A stretch of DNA of 64,000 bases, from the IMG/VR virus record IMGVR_UViG_3300028840_003906; one strand, written 5' to 3'. The DNA comes from a virus. This document shows, one piece after another, positions 28,175 through 37,586 of this stretch (its first letter is position 1; every line of letters starts with the position of its first letter). Position numbers and translations under genes: made by a program. The notes beneath the pieces were generated by a model. The model was not told the origin of the DNA. It was given only the letters and a program-made list of their open reading frames with translations, and searched no databases.

Positions 28175-28542
28175 TGTTCAACGTGGTGATTGCCGGTGGG
28201 CGTGACTTTGACGATTACGCCCTGTTGAAGAGCAAGATGGACAGCCTCTTGTCTGCGAGGGTGAAGGCGGAAGGTGGGATCTTGGTCATCAGTGGCGGCG
28301 CGAAGGGTGCCGATACTCTCGGCGAGAAGTATGCAGAGGAGAACGAACTCATCATCGCGAGGTTTACGCCTGACTGGGATCGTTTCGGGAAGGCTGCTGG
28401 CCCGAAAAGGAATGCTGAGATGGCGAAGGCAGCTGACGCTGTGGTAGTATTCTGGGACGGGGCGTCCAGGGGTTCCATGAGCATGATTGAAGAGGCCAAG
28501 AAGCACGATTGTATGTTGCGTGTTGTGAGGTATCAGAAATGA
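28174..28542 (+). CDS. SLOG superfamily (YspA/DUF2493-like) protein
   Basis: IAGGRDF, ISGGAKGAD, GKAAGPKRN, FWDG.SRG. Confidence 0.9.
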   Translation: MFNVVIAGGRDFDDYALLKSKMDSLLSARVKAEGGILVISGGAKGADTLGEKYAEENELIIARFTPDWDRFGKAAGPKRNAEMAKAADAVVVFWDGASRGSMSMIEEAKKHDCMLRVVRYQK

Positions 28543-30227
28543 GGTATAAGCTCGCTGGCGGTGGAAATGTGAGCCTCTCGAAACGTGAATTCGTTGGGGC
28601 TGGTGGCGAAGGATCTGTCTACGTCAAAGGGGCGAACGCGTACAAAATTTATGCGGACCCGTCTCGGATGATTCCGGAGGGGAAGATCCGGGAGCTGTCC
28701 TCCATCTCGGACTCCAAGGTCATCAAGCCGATCGATGTGTTGCTCGGAAAGAACAACAGGCCGGTCGGGTATTCCATGGGGTTCGTAAAGGATGCGATTC
28801 CTATTTGTCAGCTTTTCACGAAGGCGTACAAGAAGCGGAACGGAATCGGGACATCGGATGTCGTCGACATCGTCAAGTGCATGCAGAGCAGCCTTGTCGA
28901 CATTCACTCGGCTGGCGTCCTGGTTGTCGATCTGAACGAGATGAACCTTCTGGTTCGATCCGGGGACGTTTTCTGGATCGATGTGGACAGCTACCAGACG
29001 CGGAGTTATCCGGCGACGGCGATTATGGACAGTGTTCGGGACTGGAAGGCGAACGGGAGATGGTCCAAGGAGACCGACTGGTTTTCATGGGGGATCGTGA
29101 CTTTCCAGTTGTTCGCCGGGATTCACCCGTTCAAGGGGAAGCACCCAAATGTCAAGAAGATGTCCGATCGGATGCTGAATGGGATTTCGGTATTCAACGC
29201 GGATGTGAGCGTCCCGAAGATGGTCCCGAGTTTTGACCTGATACCCAAGGAGTACCGGGATTGGTATCGGGCTGTCTTTGAGGACGGGAAGCGGTGCCCG
29301 CCTCCGAGCGTGATTGAGAAGCTGGCGGTGCAGATTGTTCCACGTCGAATTTCCAGCACGGATCTCATTGAGATCTTCGAGCTGGCCGAGTTCGACAGCG
29401 ATGTCGCTCTCGTCGATTCGATCGGCGCGTTTGAGATGGTGGCGACAGAGGGTGGGTTTTCTAAATCAAGGAGCTGGAAGGGTGGGCAGGTTGAGGCAGA
29501 CACACCTCAGTTCTTCGCCGCTACAACGAAAGGAGTGCCGATCCTTGGGGCGGTAGACAGGGGGCGGGTGCAGCTCCGTGATTCGGCGTCTGGGGCGGAA
29601 ATAGGGGAACCCTGGGCGGCCAGGGGGGCGATGGTGTACGAGGGCCGCATCTATAGCCAGATGGGCGAGAACATTGTCGAGGCTGAGGTCCGGGAGGTTG
29701 GTAACGGAAAGCATCTCGTGTCGCAGAGGGTTGTGGCGAATGTGATGCCGGAGGCGACCCAGATTTTCGACGGGGTTGTGATCCAGAACATGCTCGGGAG
29801 TTGGTACGCTTCAGTGTTCCCGGAGTCCGGGAAGAACTACCAGGTTTGGCTGGAGGATCTGGATGGGTACCGTCTTGTGGACGCGAAGCACGACCGAGGG
29901 GTCTTGATCGTGATCGGGGAGAAGTTGGGCAAGTACGACAAATTTGTGTACCGCTTCGAGCGCGGGTACGTACGCGCGATCATGTTCTGGAAGGATGCGG
30001 ACATCTCCTATCAGGGGATCAACTTTGTGACACTGGAGAAGGGGGTGTGCGCTCACATTGATGAGAATGAGGACCTGGTCCTCTTTGGTTCTCGGCCAGG
30101 CTACGGAGATGTCAAGAAGATCCAGGATCCTGTTCTCGGGGGCGACATGCGGCTTTTCAAGAAGAACGACGATGTCCTTTTCGCGAAGGGGAACAAGGTC
30201 TTCAGGTTGAGCATGAGGAAGAAATGA
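28539..30227 (+). CDS. Ser/Thr kinase-like protein (TerY-P triad type) with long C-terminal region
   Basis: GAGGEG loop, AYKIY, VVDLNEMN, IDVDSY. Confidence 0.88.
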   Translation: MRYKLAGGGNVSLSKREFVGAGGEGSVYVKGANAYKIYADPSRMIPEGKIRELSSISDSKVIKPIDVLLGKNNRPVGYSMGFVKDAIPICQLFTKAYKKRNGIGTSDVVDIVKCMQSSLVDIHSAGVLVVDLNEMNLLVRSGDVFWIDVDSYQTRSYPATAIMDSVRDWKANGRWSKETDWFSWGIVTFQLFAGIHPFKGKHPNVKKMSDRMLNGISVFNADVSVPKMVPSFDLIPKEYRDWYRAVFEDGKRCPPPSVIEKLAVQIVPRRISSTDLIEIFELAEFDSDVALVDSIGAFEMVATEGGFSKSRSWKGGQVEADTPQFFAATTKGVPILGAVDRGRVQLRDSASGAEIGEPWAARGAMVYEGRIYSQMGENIVEAEVREVGNGKHLVSQRVVANVMPEATQIFDGVVIQNMLGSWYASVFPESGKNYQVWLEDLDGYRLVDAKHDRGVLIVIGEKLGKYDKFVYRFERGYVRAIMFWKDADISYQGINFVTLEKGVCAHIDENEDLVLFGSRPGYGDVKKIQDPVLGGDMRLFKKNDDVLFAKGNKVFRLSMRKK

Positions 30228-30228
30228 G

Positions 30229-30660
30229 ATGGGGTGGGAGAATGCATTCACTGGGGAGTCTGACGAAGGGGAGAAGGTTCTAGAGTGTCCGGACTGCGGG
30301 GCGGAGATGCACTTGGTGGATACCCGGAAGGGTCGGTTTTACGCTTGCGAGAGGTTTCCGGCTTGCAGAGCAAACCACGGGTGCCATCCAGATGGATCTC
30401 CTCTCGGCGTTCCGGCTTCAGAGGATACGAGGGAGGCGAGGAAGCAGGCGCACTATTGGTTTGATGCGTTGTGGAAGTCTGGGCAGTACACAAGGGGCGC
30501 AGCATACAGGAAGCTGCAGTCATATATGAAGATGACGAGGAGGGAGTGTCACATAGGCAAGTTTTCAAAGGTCCAATGCGAGAGGGTAGTGATTTTTGCG
30601 AAAGGAGCCTGCCAGATCTATGGTATCGATCCGGATAGGATCTGGGAGGAGAACGAATGA
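30229..30660 (+). CDS. DUF3268-like zinc-finger protein
   Basis: CPDC, GCHPDG.PLG.PA, AH..FD.LWK, CHIG.F. Confidence 0.85.
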   Translation: MGWENAFTGESDEGEKVLECPDCGAEMHLVDTRKGRFYACERFPACRANHGCHPDGSPLGVPASEDTREARKQAHYWFDALWKSGQYTRGAAYRKLQSYMKMTRRECHIGKFSKVQCERVVIFAKGACQIYGIDPDRIWEENE

Positions 30661-30962
30661 ACGAGATCAGGGTTTTTCAGGCTTGTCACGCGGAGAGGAA
30701 GACGTTCAAGGCGGTAGTTCCTTCTGCGTCCAATCCGGACGAGAAGTATGAGATCAGTGGCGTGGTCCTGAATGGGCAGGTCTCCTGCACTTGCCCTGGA
30801 TTCAAGTATAGGGGTTCGTGTAAGCACGTGACGGTGAAGGTCGAGACATGCGGGTGGAACGCGATTACATCACCTGAGCCGCAGACGATGGAGCAGAAGA
30901 AGAATCACGTCTGTCCACGCTGCGGTTCGATGACGATGGAGTTTGGAACCGGCGAGCTTTGA
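30657..30962 (+). CDS. SWIM zinc-finger protein
   Basis: SCTCPGFKYRGSCKH. Confidence 0.85.
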   Translation: MNEIRVFQACHAERKTFKAVVPSASNPDEKYEISGVVLNGQVSCTCPGFKYRGSCKHVTVKVETCGWNAITSPEPQTMEQKKNHVCPRCGSMTMEFGTGEL

Positions 30963-31015
30963 GTTTGCACGCCATCTGAAGTAGTATTGATGCTGTTTCT
31001 GAAATGGAGGTTTTG

Positions 31016-31831
31016 ATGAGGTTTTTGGTTTTGATTTTGTTTTTCTTGGTTGCCTGTGATGAGCCAGCCGAGGTCGTTCAGGTTGAGGATCCGGTCGATC
31101 ACAAGGTGTTCGAGATCTACGGCTGCGATCATATCGATCCAGATCCATTGCCGGTGAGCGACATTTCCAAGATGAAGGATCCGCAGTCGTTCCCAACGAA
31201 GGAGCACCTGAAGACAATCGGTCGCATGGCCCGAGGAATCGTCTTGATGAAGGACGGTATGTATTGGGAGTGCGGAAGGGTGCTCACGGAGAAGGAGGAC
31301 ATCCAAGACCTGGCGATCAAGTACGCGTTTGAGATTGTGCGTGCCGCCTATGAGGTGTCGGACCGTGGAGATGATCCAGATTTCATCTTGAATCCATGGG
31401 GGCTCGCCGGGACGATCCAGAACGAGAGTGGGTTCGACAGGTGTGCCCTGGGGCCGCACCCGAGGAATTCGGCGTACGAGCTTGGAATCCTGAAGAAGAA
31501 GAGGCGATCCATCTCTCATACAGAGGCGGAGATTTTGAAGGTCGTCACTCATCCGAAGATGCAAGCGTTGTACGCGAGGAGCGGTTTTGATCTTGGGACG
31601 GCGCAGTTGCTTTCTCGGTTTTATGAGGATCCCAAAGACTACAAAAATATGCTATCGTTGCGAGGCAGCACTGTAGAAGCAGCGAGGAGCATGAGGGATC
31701 GTTCAAGGACGTGTCAGACGGAGTTTCCGGATAGGCCATGGAGGTGTTGGCCTGGGAGGGATTCCGAGCGATATGACGCGAGGGTTTCGAGATGGGCGCT
31801 CGAACTCGGCTGCGGACCTGAAGGTATTTGA
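31016..31831 (+). CDS. lipoprotein with possible lytic-transglycosylase fold
   Basis: FLVAC lipobox; NESGFD and DLGTAQL resemble SLT motifs. Confidence 0.6.
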   Translation: MRFLVLILFFLVACDEPAEVVQVEDPVDHKVFEIYGCDHIDPDPLPVSDISKMKDPQSFPTKEHLKTIGRMARGIVLMKDGMYWECGRVLTEKEDIQDLAIKYAFEIVRAAYEVSDRGDDPDFILNPWGLAGTIQNESGFDRCALGPHPRNSAYELGILKKKRRSISHTEAEILKVVTHPKMQALYARSGFDLGTAQLLSRFYEDPKDYKNMLSLRGSTVEAARSMRDRSRTCQTEFPDRPWRCWPGRDSERYDARVSRWALELGCGPEGI

Positions 31832-31913
31832 TTTTCGTTGATCGCACACGGGGTACCCTTCCCTGGCCCTGTTGCTCCGTGTGCGGTCGGCGATTTTTTT
31901 TCGGAGTTGACAG

Positions 31914-32447
31914 ATGACGAATGAGACGAGGCTCCAGGAAGTTCTCTCAGCCGGTCCGGATCTCAGGACAGTCAAAGAGTGGCAGATGATCAACAATTCG
32001 ATGCTCGGGGATGGACTTCCAGGTATCACGACAAAGGTTGAGATCGGTGGCCATGATTTGTACCTCAAGACTGTGTGGTTTCGTGGGAGGGTTGTCCGGA
32101 TTGATATCACCCTTTCGCGTGGGACGGTTGCCGGAGAGGATGTTCCGAAATCTGGCCATGCGGTGAGCTTGGAGGCGACCAGGTTCGATTTGGCGAGGTC
32201 TTGGTTGGAGAATGAGTGCCGGATGGCGTCGAATCTTCTCCAAACCGGCAGCGCGGGCATCGGGACGATCATTGAGGAGTGGACGATGGTCAGCGGGTTC
32301 CCGTCTGGGCATTGTCCACAGTTGCCCCCAATGGGGCCTGACGGGCCGGAAGAGGGCGCTACGTTCCAGTGTGGGCCGCTCCATGCCATTGCCATGATTC
32401 TTCGCAAAAGGCTGCCGGACTGGGCCGAGCAGATGAAGGGGATATGA
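31914..32447 (+). CDS. stand-alone TSCPD-like domain
   Basis: GITTKVEIGGHDLYL...ASNLLQ.G pattern. Confidence 0.55.
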   Translation: MTNETRLQEVLSAGPDLRTVKEWQMINNSMLGDGLPGITTKVEIGGHDLYLKTVWFRGRVVRIDITLSRGTVAGEDVPKSGHAVSLEATRFDLARSWLENECRMASNLLQTGSAGIGTIIEEWTMVSGFPSGHCPQLPPMGPDGPEEGATFQCGPLHAIAMILRKRLPDWAEQMKGI

Positions 32448-32644
32448 TGGCTGAGTATCTGGATTATTTGGTTGGGTTTGGTGTTGGGATGTTGGTCATG
32501 GGGGTTCCGCTGGTTGTTTTCATTCGACGCTCAGGGATGTACAAGTTCCTGTGGGAGAACGAGAAGGCCGGGAACTATATCATGACGCAAAGGTTGTCCA
32601 AGCTCGAATATGAGCGAGCTGATATTGAAGGAGATGAGGAATGA
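32444..32644 (+). CDS. small membrane protein
   Basis: N-terminal TM helix. Confidence 0.6.
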   Translation: MMAEYLDYLVGFGVGMLVMGVPLVVFIRRSGMYKFLWENEKAGNYIMTQRLSKLEYERADIEGDEE

Positions 32645-33690
32645 AAAGAGGAAAGAAGAAGGACAGGAATGCTGCAGTTGGGCCGATGACTCCGTTTCAG
32701 AGGGTTCAAGCCCCGGAGGGGTCAGAAGAGATTGGTATCGTCGCGGCATTCGAGAACAACCGGTACAACGTGATCCTGAAGAAGACGTTGTCGCAGGGGT
32801 ACTCGGTGCAGGATGAAAACGGCAACGCGGTCCCCATGGAGGTCATGGAGATGATGATCTACCGGGTGGACAAAAAGAAGAAAGAGATCCCCTGGGAGGA
32901 GAAGCAGAATATCAAGAACGAAATCATGGGTCCGATGTCGGATGCGGTCGAGATCTTCCCGTCGGAGATGCGGCGTCAGCATTCGATTAGGGACTACTGT
33001 ACGCACCTATGGGTATTCCCTCCGGGGATCCCTGTCATGGTGGGGTACTTCCCGAAGTCCATGGAGCAGGCGATGTCTGAGCCGACCCTCGATGACATGC
33101 ATGTCGATGAGAACGATCTAAAGGTCTTCCTGGTCGAGGACGATGATGTGCAGCAGGTTTTTGGAGATGAGGATGAAGCCAAGTCCTCCTATGAAGAGGC
33201 TGGGAATGATTTCCCGGGTGGAATCGTGATTCAGCTTTCCGAGGCGCCATTGGAGGGGGACGGCAGTGTGTGGACGGACCTTGCGAAGGCGAAGATCGCC
33301 AGGGTTCTCCAGGTTTCAGACGCGATCGATCGGGAGAACGGTGATGCGTTTGACTCTAACGCGCTCACGGTGAACACCAACGGGCCGGAGACGGATCAGG
33401 ACGAGCTGGAAGACGAGTACGGCGTGGTGGACGAGTCTCCGAGCGGCGACGAGGAGAACGTGATGGCTCCTGAGTACATGCAGATGGGCGTTGAGCAGAT
33501 GCAGCAGAATCGTCGTGCTACGCTCGGGAAGTCCATCGAGAAGTTCGCTGGATTGATCGAGGAACGCAAATTGGCTGCGGCTGAGGCGAAGAAGTCCGAG
33601 GCGGAAGAGGCGAAAGAGGAAGAGGAAGCCGCTGCCGAACTCGACGCGATGCGGCAGGAGATGTTGGGGTCCAAGAAGAAGAATGGGTGA
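32641..33690 (+). CDS. acidic hypothetical protein
   Basis: 349-aa ORF; IKNEIMG...AVEIFP...HLWV phage-type motif. Confidence 0.75.
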   Translation: MKRGKKKDRNAAVGPMTPFQRVQAPEGSEEIGIVAAFENNRYNVILKKTLSQGYSVQDENGNAVPMEVMEMMIYRVDKKKKEIPWEEKQNIKNEIMGPMSDAVEIFPSEMRRQHSIRDYCTHLWVFPPGIPVMVGYFPKSMEQAMSEPTLDDMHVDENDLKVFLVEDDDVQQVFGDEDEAKSSYEEAGNDFPGGIVIQLSEAPLEGDGSVWTDLAKAKIARVLQVSDAIDRENGDAFDSNALTVNTNGPETDQDELEDEYGVVDESPSGDEENVMAPEYMQMGVEQMQQNRRATLGKSIEKFAGLIEERKLAAAEAKKSEAEEAKEEEEAAAELDAMRQEMLGSKKKNG

Positions 33691-34069
33691 TCGTGGAACT
33701 CGTGACGCGGCTGTCCAGGCGAAGATCGAGAAGGCTCGGATAGAGCTTTGGACAGCACGCGACATGGTTTTTGTCCTGGACCGGAAGCGCGGGATACAGA
33801 CGATTCCTCGCTTTACCAAGTGTGAGAAACCGCCGTACACGAAGAAGATCAAGACTTACCTCAAGAACTTCGAGGAGAAGAGTATGACTCGCCCAGATGG
33901 GGTGAGTGCTGTCTGTGTGAAGTTGGAGGGGATGTTGCGATATATTTGGAGGACGGACGTTTTGACACGCCAGGAATATGTCAAGATCAAGGAAGAGGAG
34001 AAGACCCGTGAAGCGAGAGTACTTGGATCGAAGCTCGGGCGGTCTGTGGGTGAAGGGAGTGATGGGTGA
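33683..34069 (+). CDS. hypothetical protein
   Basis: coupled ORF. Confidence 0.6.
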   Translation: MGDRGTRDAAVQAKIEKARIELWTARDMVFVLDRKRGIQTIPRFTKCEKPPYTKKIKTYLKNFEEKSMTRPDGVSAVCVKLEGMLRYIWRTDVLTRQEYVKIKEEEKTREARVLGSKLGRSVGEGSDG

Positions 34070-34571
34070 TGATTCTATCGGACTCTTCTGGAAGCCCCGG
34101 TTCGTCACGAAGGGTTCTAGAGTAGAGGTTTACGATTTCAACGGGGAGATCGAGGCGACTTACAATGCTGGGAACGTTGACTGGGGTGAGGAATGGAGGT
34201 CTTGTGGAGATGTTCCCTTGGTCGACGATATGGTGGAGATGTCCGGGTTGGATGCGTTCAGGGATTTCTCGTTCGCTATCATGCGTCACGCTGTTCGCCT
34301 GGTCGTGTGCGGGTACGGGGATACTCCATCTGATGCCATTGAGATGTTCTCCGATTTCAAGAAGAAGGATTTTGTGGTCGAGGACAAGTATCAAGTCATC
34401 GGTGACCATGGGGAGTTCTCCGGTCTGAGTGGAAACATCGTCAGGGTCGTCCGGGAGGGCGACGACGAGAAGCTGGTTGGTCACATGCAGGTCAGGGAGC
34501 AGGTTTTCTCGTTTGGACTCGAAGATCCGAAACTGTTTACCTCCTTTTTCATCGCTACGCGCCTTTTCTGA
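34062..34571 (+). CDS. hypothetical protein
   Basis: coupled ORF. Confidence 0.6.
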   Translation: MGDDSIGLFWKPRFVTKGSRVEVYDFNGEIEATYNAGNVDWGEEWRSCGDVPLVDDMVEMSGLDAFRDFSFAIMRHAVRLVVCGYGDTPSDAIEMFSDFKKKDFVVEDKYQVIGDHGEFSGLSGNIVRVVREGDDEKLVGHMQVREQVFSFGLEDPKLFTSFFIATRLF

Positions 34572-34678
34572 ATTTTAAAAAATCCGAAGAAACCGGTTGC
34601 TTTTTGTTTTGTGTGATTTAAAGTCCCTAGTGCAACGAGGATCACGGCGAAGATCGCCGACGAAAAAGGAGATGGCAG

Positions 34679-35722
34679 ATGACGAAAGAAGCAAAGAACA
34701 CCACACCCGAGAAAACCGACGACATCATCACGGTCCCTTGGCAGGGTGCGGGAGTTGCTGTCAACGAGGACGAGATCAAGACGGCCGAGCAGCTGATGGT
34801 CGAGGCTGACCTGGACTGGAAAGTGGTCGAGCGGCCGCTCAGCTTCACGCCGGATCCGATGAGCCCCATGCGCGAGGTCGAGGTCAAGACTCACAAGATG
34901 ATCATGCGCGACACGGATCATGCGCCACTGGGGGTCGTTGGCATCGGCTGGACGCCTTTCCAGAACCACGAGGCTTTCGATTTCGTCGACAAGCTGATCG
35001 AGGCCGGGGCGCTCAGGTACCACAGCGCGGGATCTTTCAAGAACGGCAGCGTGATTTGGATTCAGGCCGAGTTCGCCCAGTCCGAGATCCTGCCCGGCGA
35101 TGTCCACAAGAAGTACCTCCTCCTGGTCAGCTCCTTCGATGGGAGCTTCTCGATTCGGATCGGAGAGACTGATATTCGCGTCTCCTGCATGAACACGCTC
35201 CGGATGGCGCTGGTTGATGCGGCGGTTGCCGAGAAGGACAAGATCAGCGAGATCCGGATCCGGCACACCCAGAGCCTCAAGGAGAAGGTTGCGGCTGCCG
35301 AGAAGGCGATTCTGATGGCGCGCGCCAGGAGCCTCAGGATGGACAGTTTCATGAAGGCACTCACTCGGCTCCACATGACCAGCGAGATGTGGACGGACTT
35401 CGGGCTGCAGATGATCCCGAAGCCGGAGGAAGGGAAGCGCACAACTCGATCGGACAACAACCGGAATGCCATCCTGGGCCTCGCCGCCACGGGACGTGGG
35501 CAGGACATTCCCGGGGTTGCCGGGACCGGATACGCGGCTTTCAACGCGGTCACAGAGTTCGTCAATTACAAGCGGAGCAGCCGGGGAGAGGGCGAGCTTC
35601 AGAAGCAGCACAATCGCTTCAAGAGCACCCTGATTGGGCAAAGCGGAAAGATGGTCGCGCACGCGGCGACGGTTCTCAACGGCTACCTGGTTAACCAGGG
35701 CCTCCAGGTCGAGACGGTCTAG
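34679..35722 (+). CDS. DUF932 (phage/plasmid TIGR03299-like) protein
   Basis: LDWKV, WTPFQNHEAF, SAGS..NG, SSFDGS, RVSCMNTL, IRHT. Confidence 0.9.
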   Translation: MTKEAKNTTPEKTDDIITVPWQGAGVAVNEDEIKTAEQLMVEADLDWKVVERPLSFTPDPMSPMREVEVKTHKMIMRDTDHAPLGVVGIGWTPFQNHEAFDFVDKLIEAGALRYHSAGSFKNGSVIWIQAEFAQSEILPGDVHKKYLLLVSSFDGSFSIRIGETDIRVSCMNTLRMALVDAAVAEKDKISEIRIRHTQSLKEKVAAAEKAILMARARSLRMDSFMKALTRLHMTSEMWTDFGLQMIPKPEEGKRTTRSDNNRNAILGLAATGRGQDIPGVAGTGYAAFNAVTEFVNYKRSSRGEGELQKQHNRFKSTLIGQSGKMVAHAATVLNGYLVNQGLQVETV

Positions 35723-35741
35723 CTCCCTCCCTCCTTCGAGG

Positions 35742-35755
35742 CGAACTTGAGTTCG
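35742..35755. promoter_or_regulatory. LexA-type box copy 8
   Basis: CGAACTTGAGTTCG 20 nt upstream of TTGACA at 35776. Confidence 0.78.
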
Positions 35756-35836
35756 CATTCCCCGAAAAAACGAGTTTGACAACAGACGATCCGATGATCT
35801 ATAAATAGTCATCTGAGTTGTTGATGAAAGGTTGAC

Positions 35837-36154
35837 ATGTTTGAGGAGATGGAAGTTGGGGAAATCTTGCGTGACCTGCGCAGTATCAAAGTTCCTCCCA
35901 AGACAAGAGAGTTCATTGACCGGGCACGAGACTATCTCGAAAAGAACGGTGGTCTCTCTGTCGATGTGCAGATGAAGGTGAGGAGGATCTGTCAGCGATA
36001 CCGGGTGCAGATGAAAGAGCTTCATGCTTCGCGAGAGCGTGCGAGGCGTACCAATGGGCTCAAGCGTATGGGGATAACCCGTGCTGAGGCGGAGATGCGA
36101 GTGGAGCAGAGGCGGAAAGAGCAAGAGCTTCTTCGTCAGGACGTAGGATTTTGA
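35837..36154 (+). CDS. hypothetical protein
   Basis: 105-aa ORF. Confidence 0.65.
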   Translation: MFEEMEVGEILRDLRSIKVPPKTREFIDRARDYLEKNGGLSVDVQMKVRRICQRYRVQMKELHASRERARRTNGLKRMGITRAEAEMRVEQRRKEQELLRQDVGF

Positions 36155-36164
36155 GGGGTTTCGG

Positions 36165-36482
36165 ATGTCAAAAACACGTATCGATCAGTCTGTCATTGAT
36201 GCCGTCAAAGAGATCGTGATGATCGTTCGGCACTTCGTAGATCACCCGGAGGATGTTGAGGTCAATGTGCGGCCGGGTCCGTATCGAATCACGGTCGAGC
36301 TATACACGCACGCGCGCGACGTCGGCCAGGTTGTCGGAAGGAATGGGCATGTCGCGTCGTCGCTTCGATCCTTCCTGACGGCGGTTGCTGGGAAGCACAG
36401 AATCAAGGTCGACCTTGACTATGTCACCGAGGAAGATAACGCCAGGAGAGCCCAGAAAAGTGGGCCTATTCGAGTTGACTAA
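36165..36482 (+). CDS. khpA: KhpA-like KH-domain RNA-binding protein
   Basis: VDHPEDVEV, DVGQVVGRNG (GxxG). Confidence 0.85.
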   Translation: MSKTRIDQSVIDAVKEIVMIVRHFVDHPEDVEVNVRPGPYRITVELYTHARDVGQVVGRNGHVASSLRSFLTAVAGKHRIKVDLDYVTEEDNARRAQKSGPIRVD

Positions 36483-36559
36483 GATCGCGAATTAAGCGAG
36501 TATCCTTCTCGTACATGATACCTCTTGATTTCCCGGTAGGTCCGGGAGGAAGGTGTTCT

Positions 36560-36952
36560 ATGACGAGAGTCTTGAAGCTTGGGATCCCTACTGTCGGAAA
36601 AGTCGAGTTCATGAAAGAGGCGGAGGATGCGGCCATGATCTGCTGGGTTCCAGCGGATGGTCTCTCCTACAATTTGACGGTTTGCCGTGTCCCTGGGAAG
36701 ATCGAGAAGGGAATGGGGGCTCCGTTCATTGTCTCCCTTGGAGGCAGTGGGGTTCCGGAGACGGCGTATCCGGTTGGCCCGTTGAGTCTCTATCACGTCA
36801 GTTGGGTCATGGAGAAATGGAAGATAGGAAAAATGGAGGACGCAAAGGTCCTGTCATCTCTTCTGAACTGGTCGATGGGGACGGCTCCGATCAGCAAGAA
36901 GTATGCGATGGAAACGATGCGGGAGGTGATGGTGGCATGGGAGGCGTCATGA
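36560..36952 (+). CDS. hypothetical protein
   Basis: ORF with RBS. Confidence 0.6.
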   Translation: MTRVLKLGIPTVGKVEFMKEAEDAAMICWVPADGLSYNLTVCRVPGKIEKGMGAPFIVSLGGSGVPETAYPVGPLSLYHVSWVMEKWKIGKMEDAKVLSSLLNWSMGTAPISKKYAMETMREVMVAWEAS

Positions 36953-37362
36953 GTTCGATTGTTCCGGCCGAGGACGAGGAGGGGCTCGAACTCGGGACCC
37001 TGGTTCTGTTCTCAATGGGGGAGGCCCTTGCGGGGCTTCGGAAGGTGACCGGCCTGGATGTTCCGGTTGTGAAGCTTGGGAATGGTGATCTCCGGATAGA
37101 GGAGCAGGACCCTGGGCAGCCATGGAGGGATCGCCTTGTAAGGCTCCTGGATGCCGCACGTTTCGCCTGTGAGTCTGGGGCGGCCAGTGACCCAGGCGAG
37201 GCTTCCGAGGCCATCCTCCGGGCGGATGGTTGGACCTGGACGCCTTTCACGTTCAGGACGCCGGTGTGGATGGACGATCACGCCGAGGTTTTTCACGGAG
37301 ATATCATTGAGGAGTTTGAGGTGCTTTCATGGCTCGAAACATATTCATCGGTGACACGGTAA
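36949..37362 (+). CDS. hypothetical protein
   Basis: coupled ORF. Confidence 0.6.
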   Translation: MSSIVPAEDEEGLELGTLVLFSMGEALAGLRKVTGLDVPVVKLGNGDLRIEEQDPGQPWRDRLVRLLDAARFACESGAASDPGEASEAILRADGWTWTPFTFRTPVWMDDHAEVFHGDIIEEFEVLSWLETYSSVTR

Positions 37363-37586
37363 GAACAGCCTACGGTGATGGGGAGGTGGTGGATGCTCGG
37401 TCTTGGAGGGAGGCCATCTCTGGCATGAATGACTATGAGGCGAAGGAGTTTTCTGACAAGTGTCGAGTGGAAGCCGGGAACAATTTCACCGAGGATTGGG
37501 TTGAGATTCTTGTTAATGTTGGCGGCATGAAACGAAGATTACTGGGCAAGGATGTCCAGGTGCTGGAGGGGCGGAATGACGGCTAG
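37329..37586 (+). CDS. hypothetical protein
   Basis: 85-aa ORF. Confidence 0.55.
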   Translation: MARNIFIGDTVRTAYGDGEVVDARSWREAISGMNDYEAKEFSDKCRVEAGNNFTEDWVEILVNVGGMKRRLLGKDVQVLEGRNDG

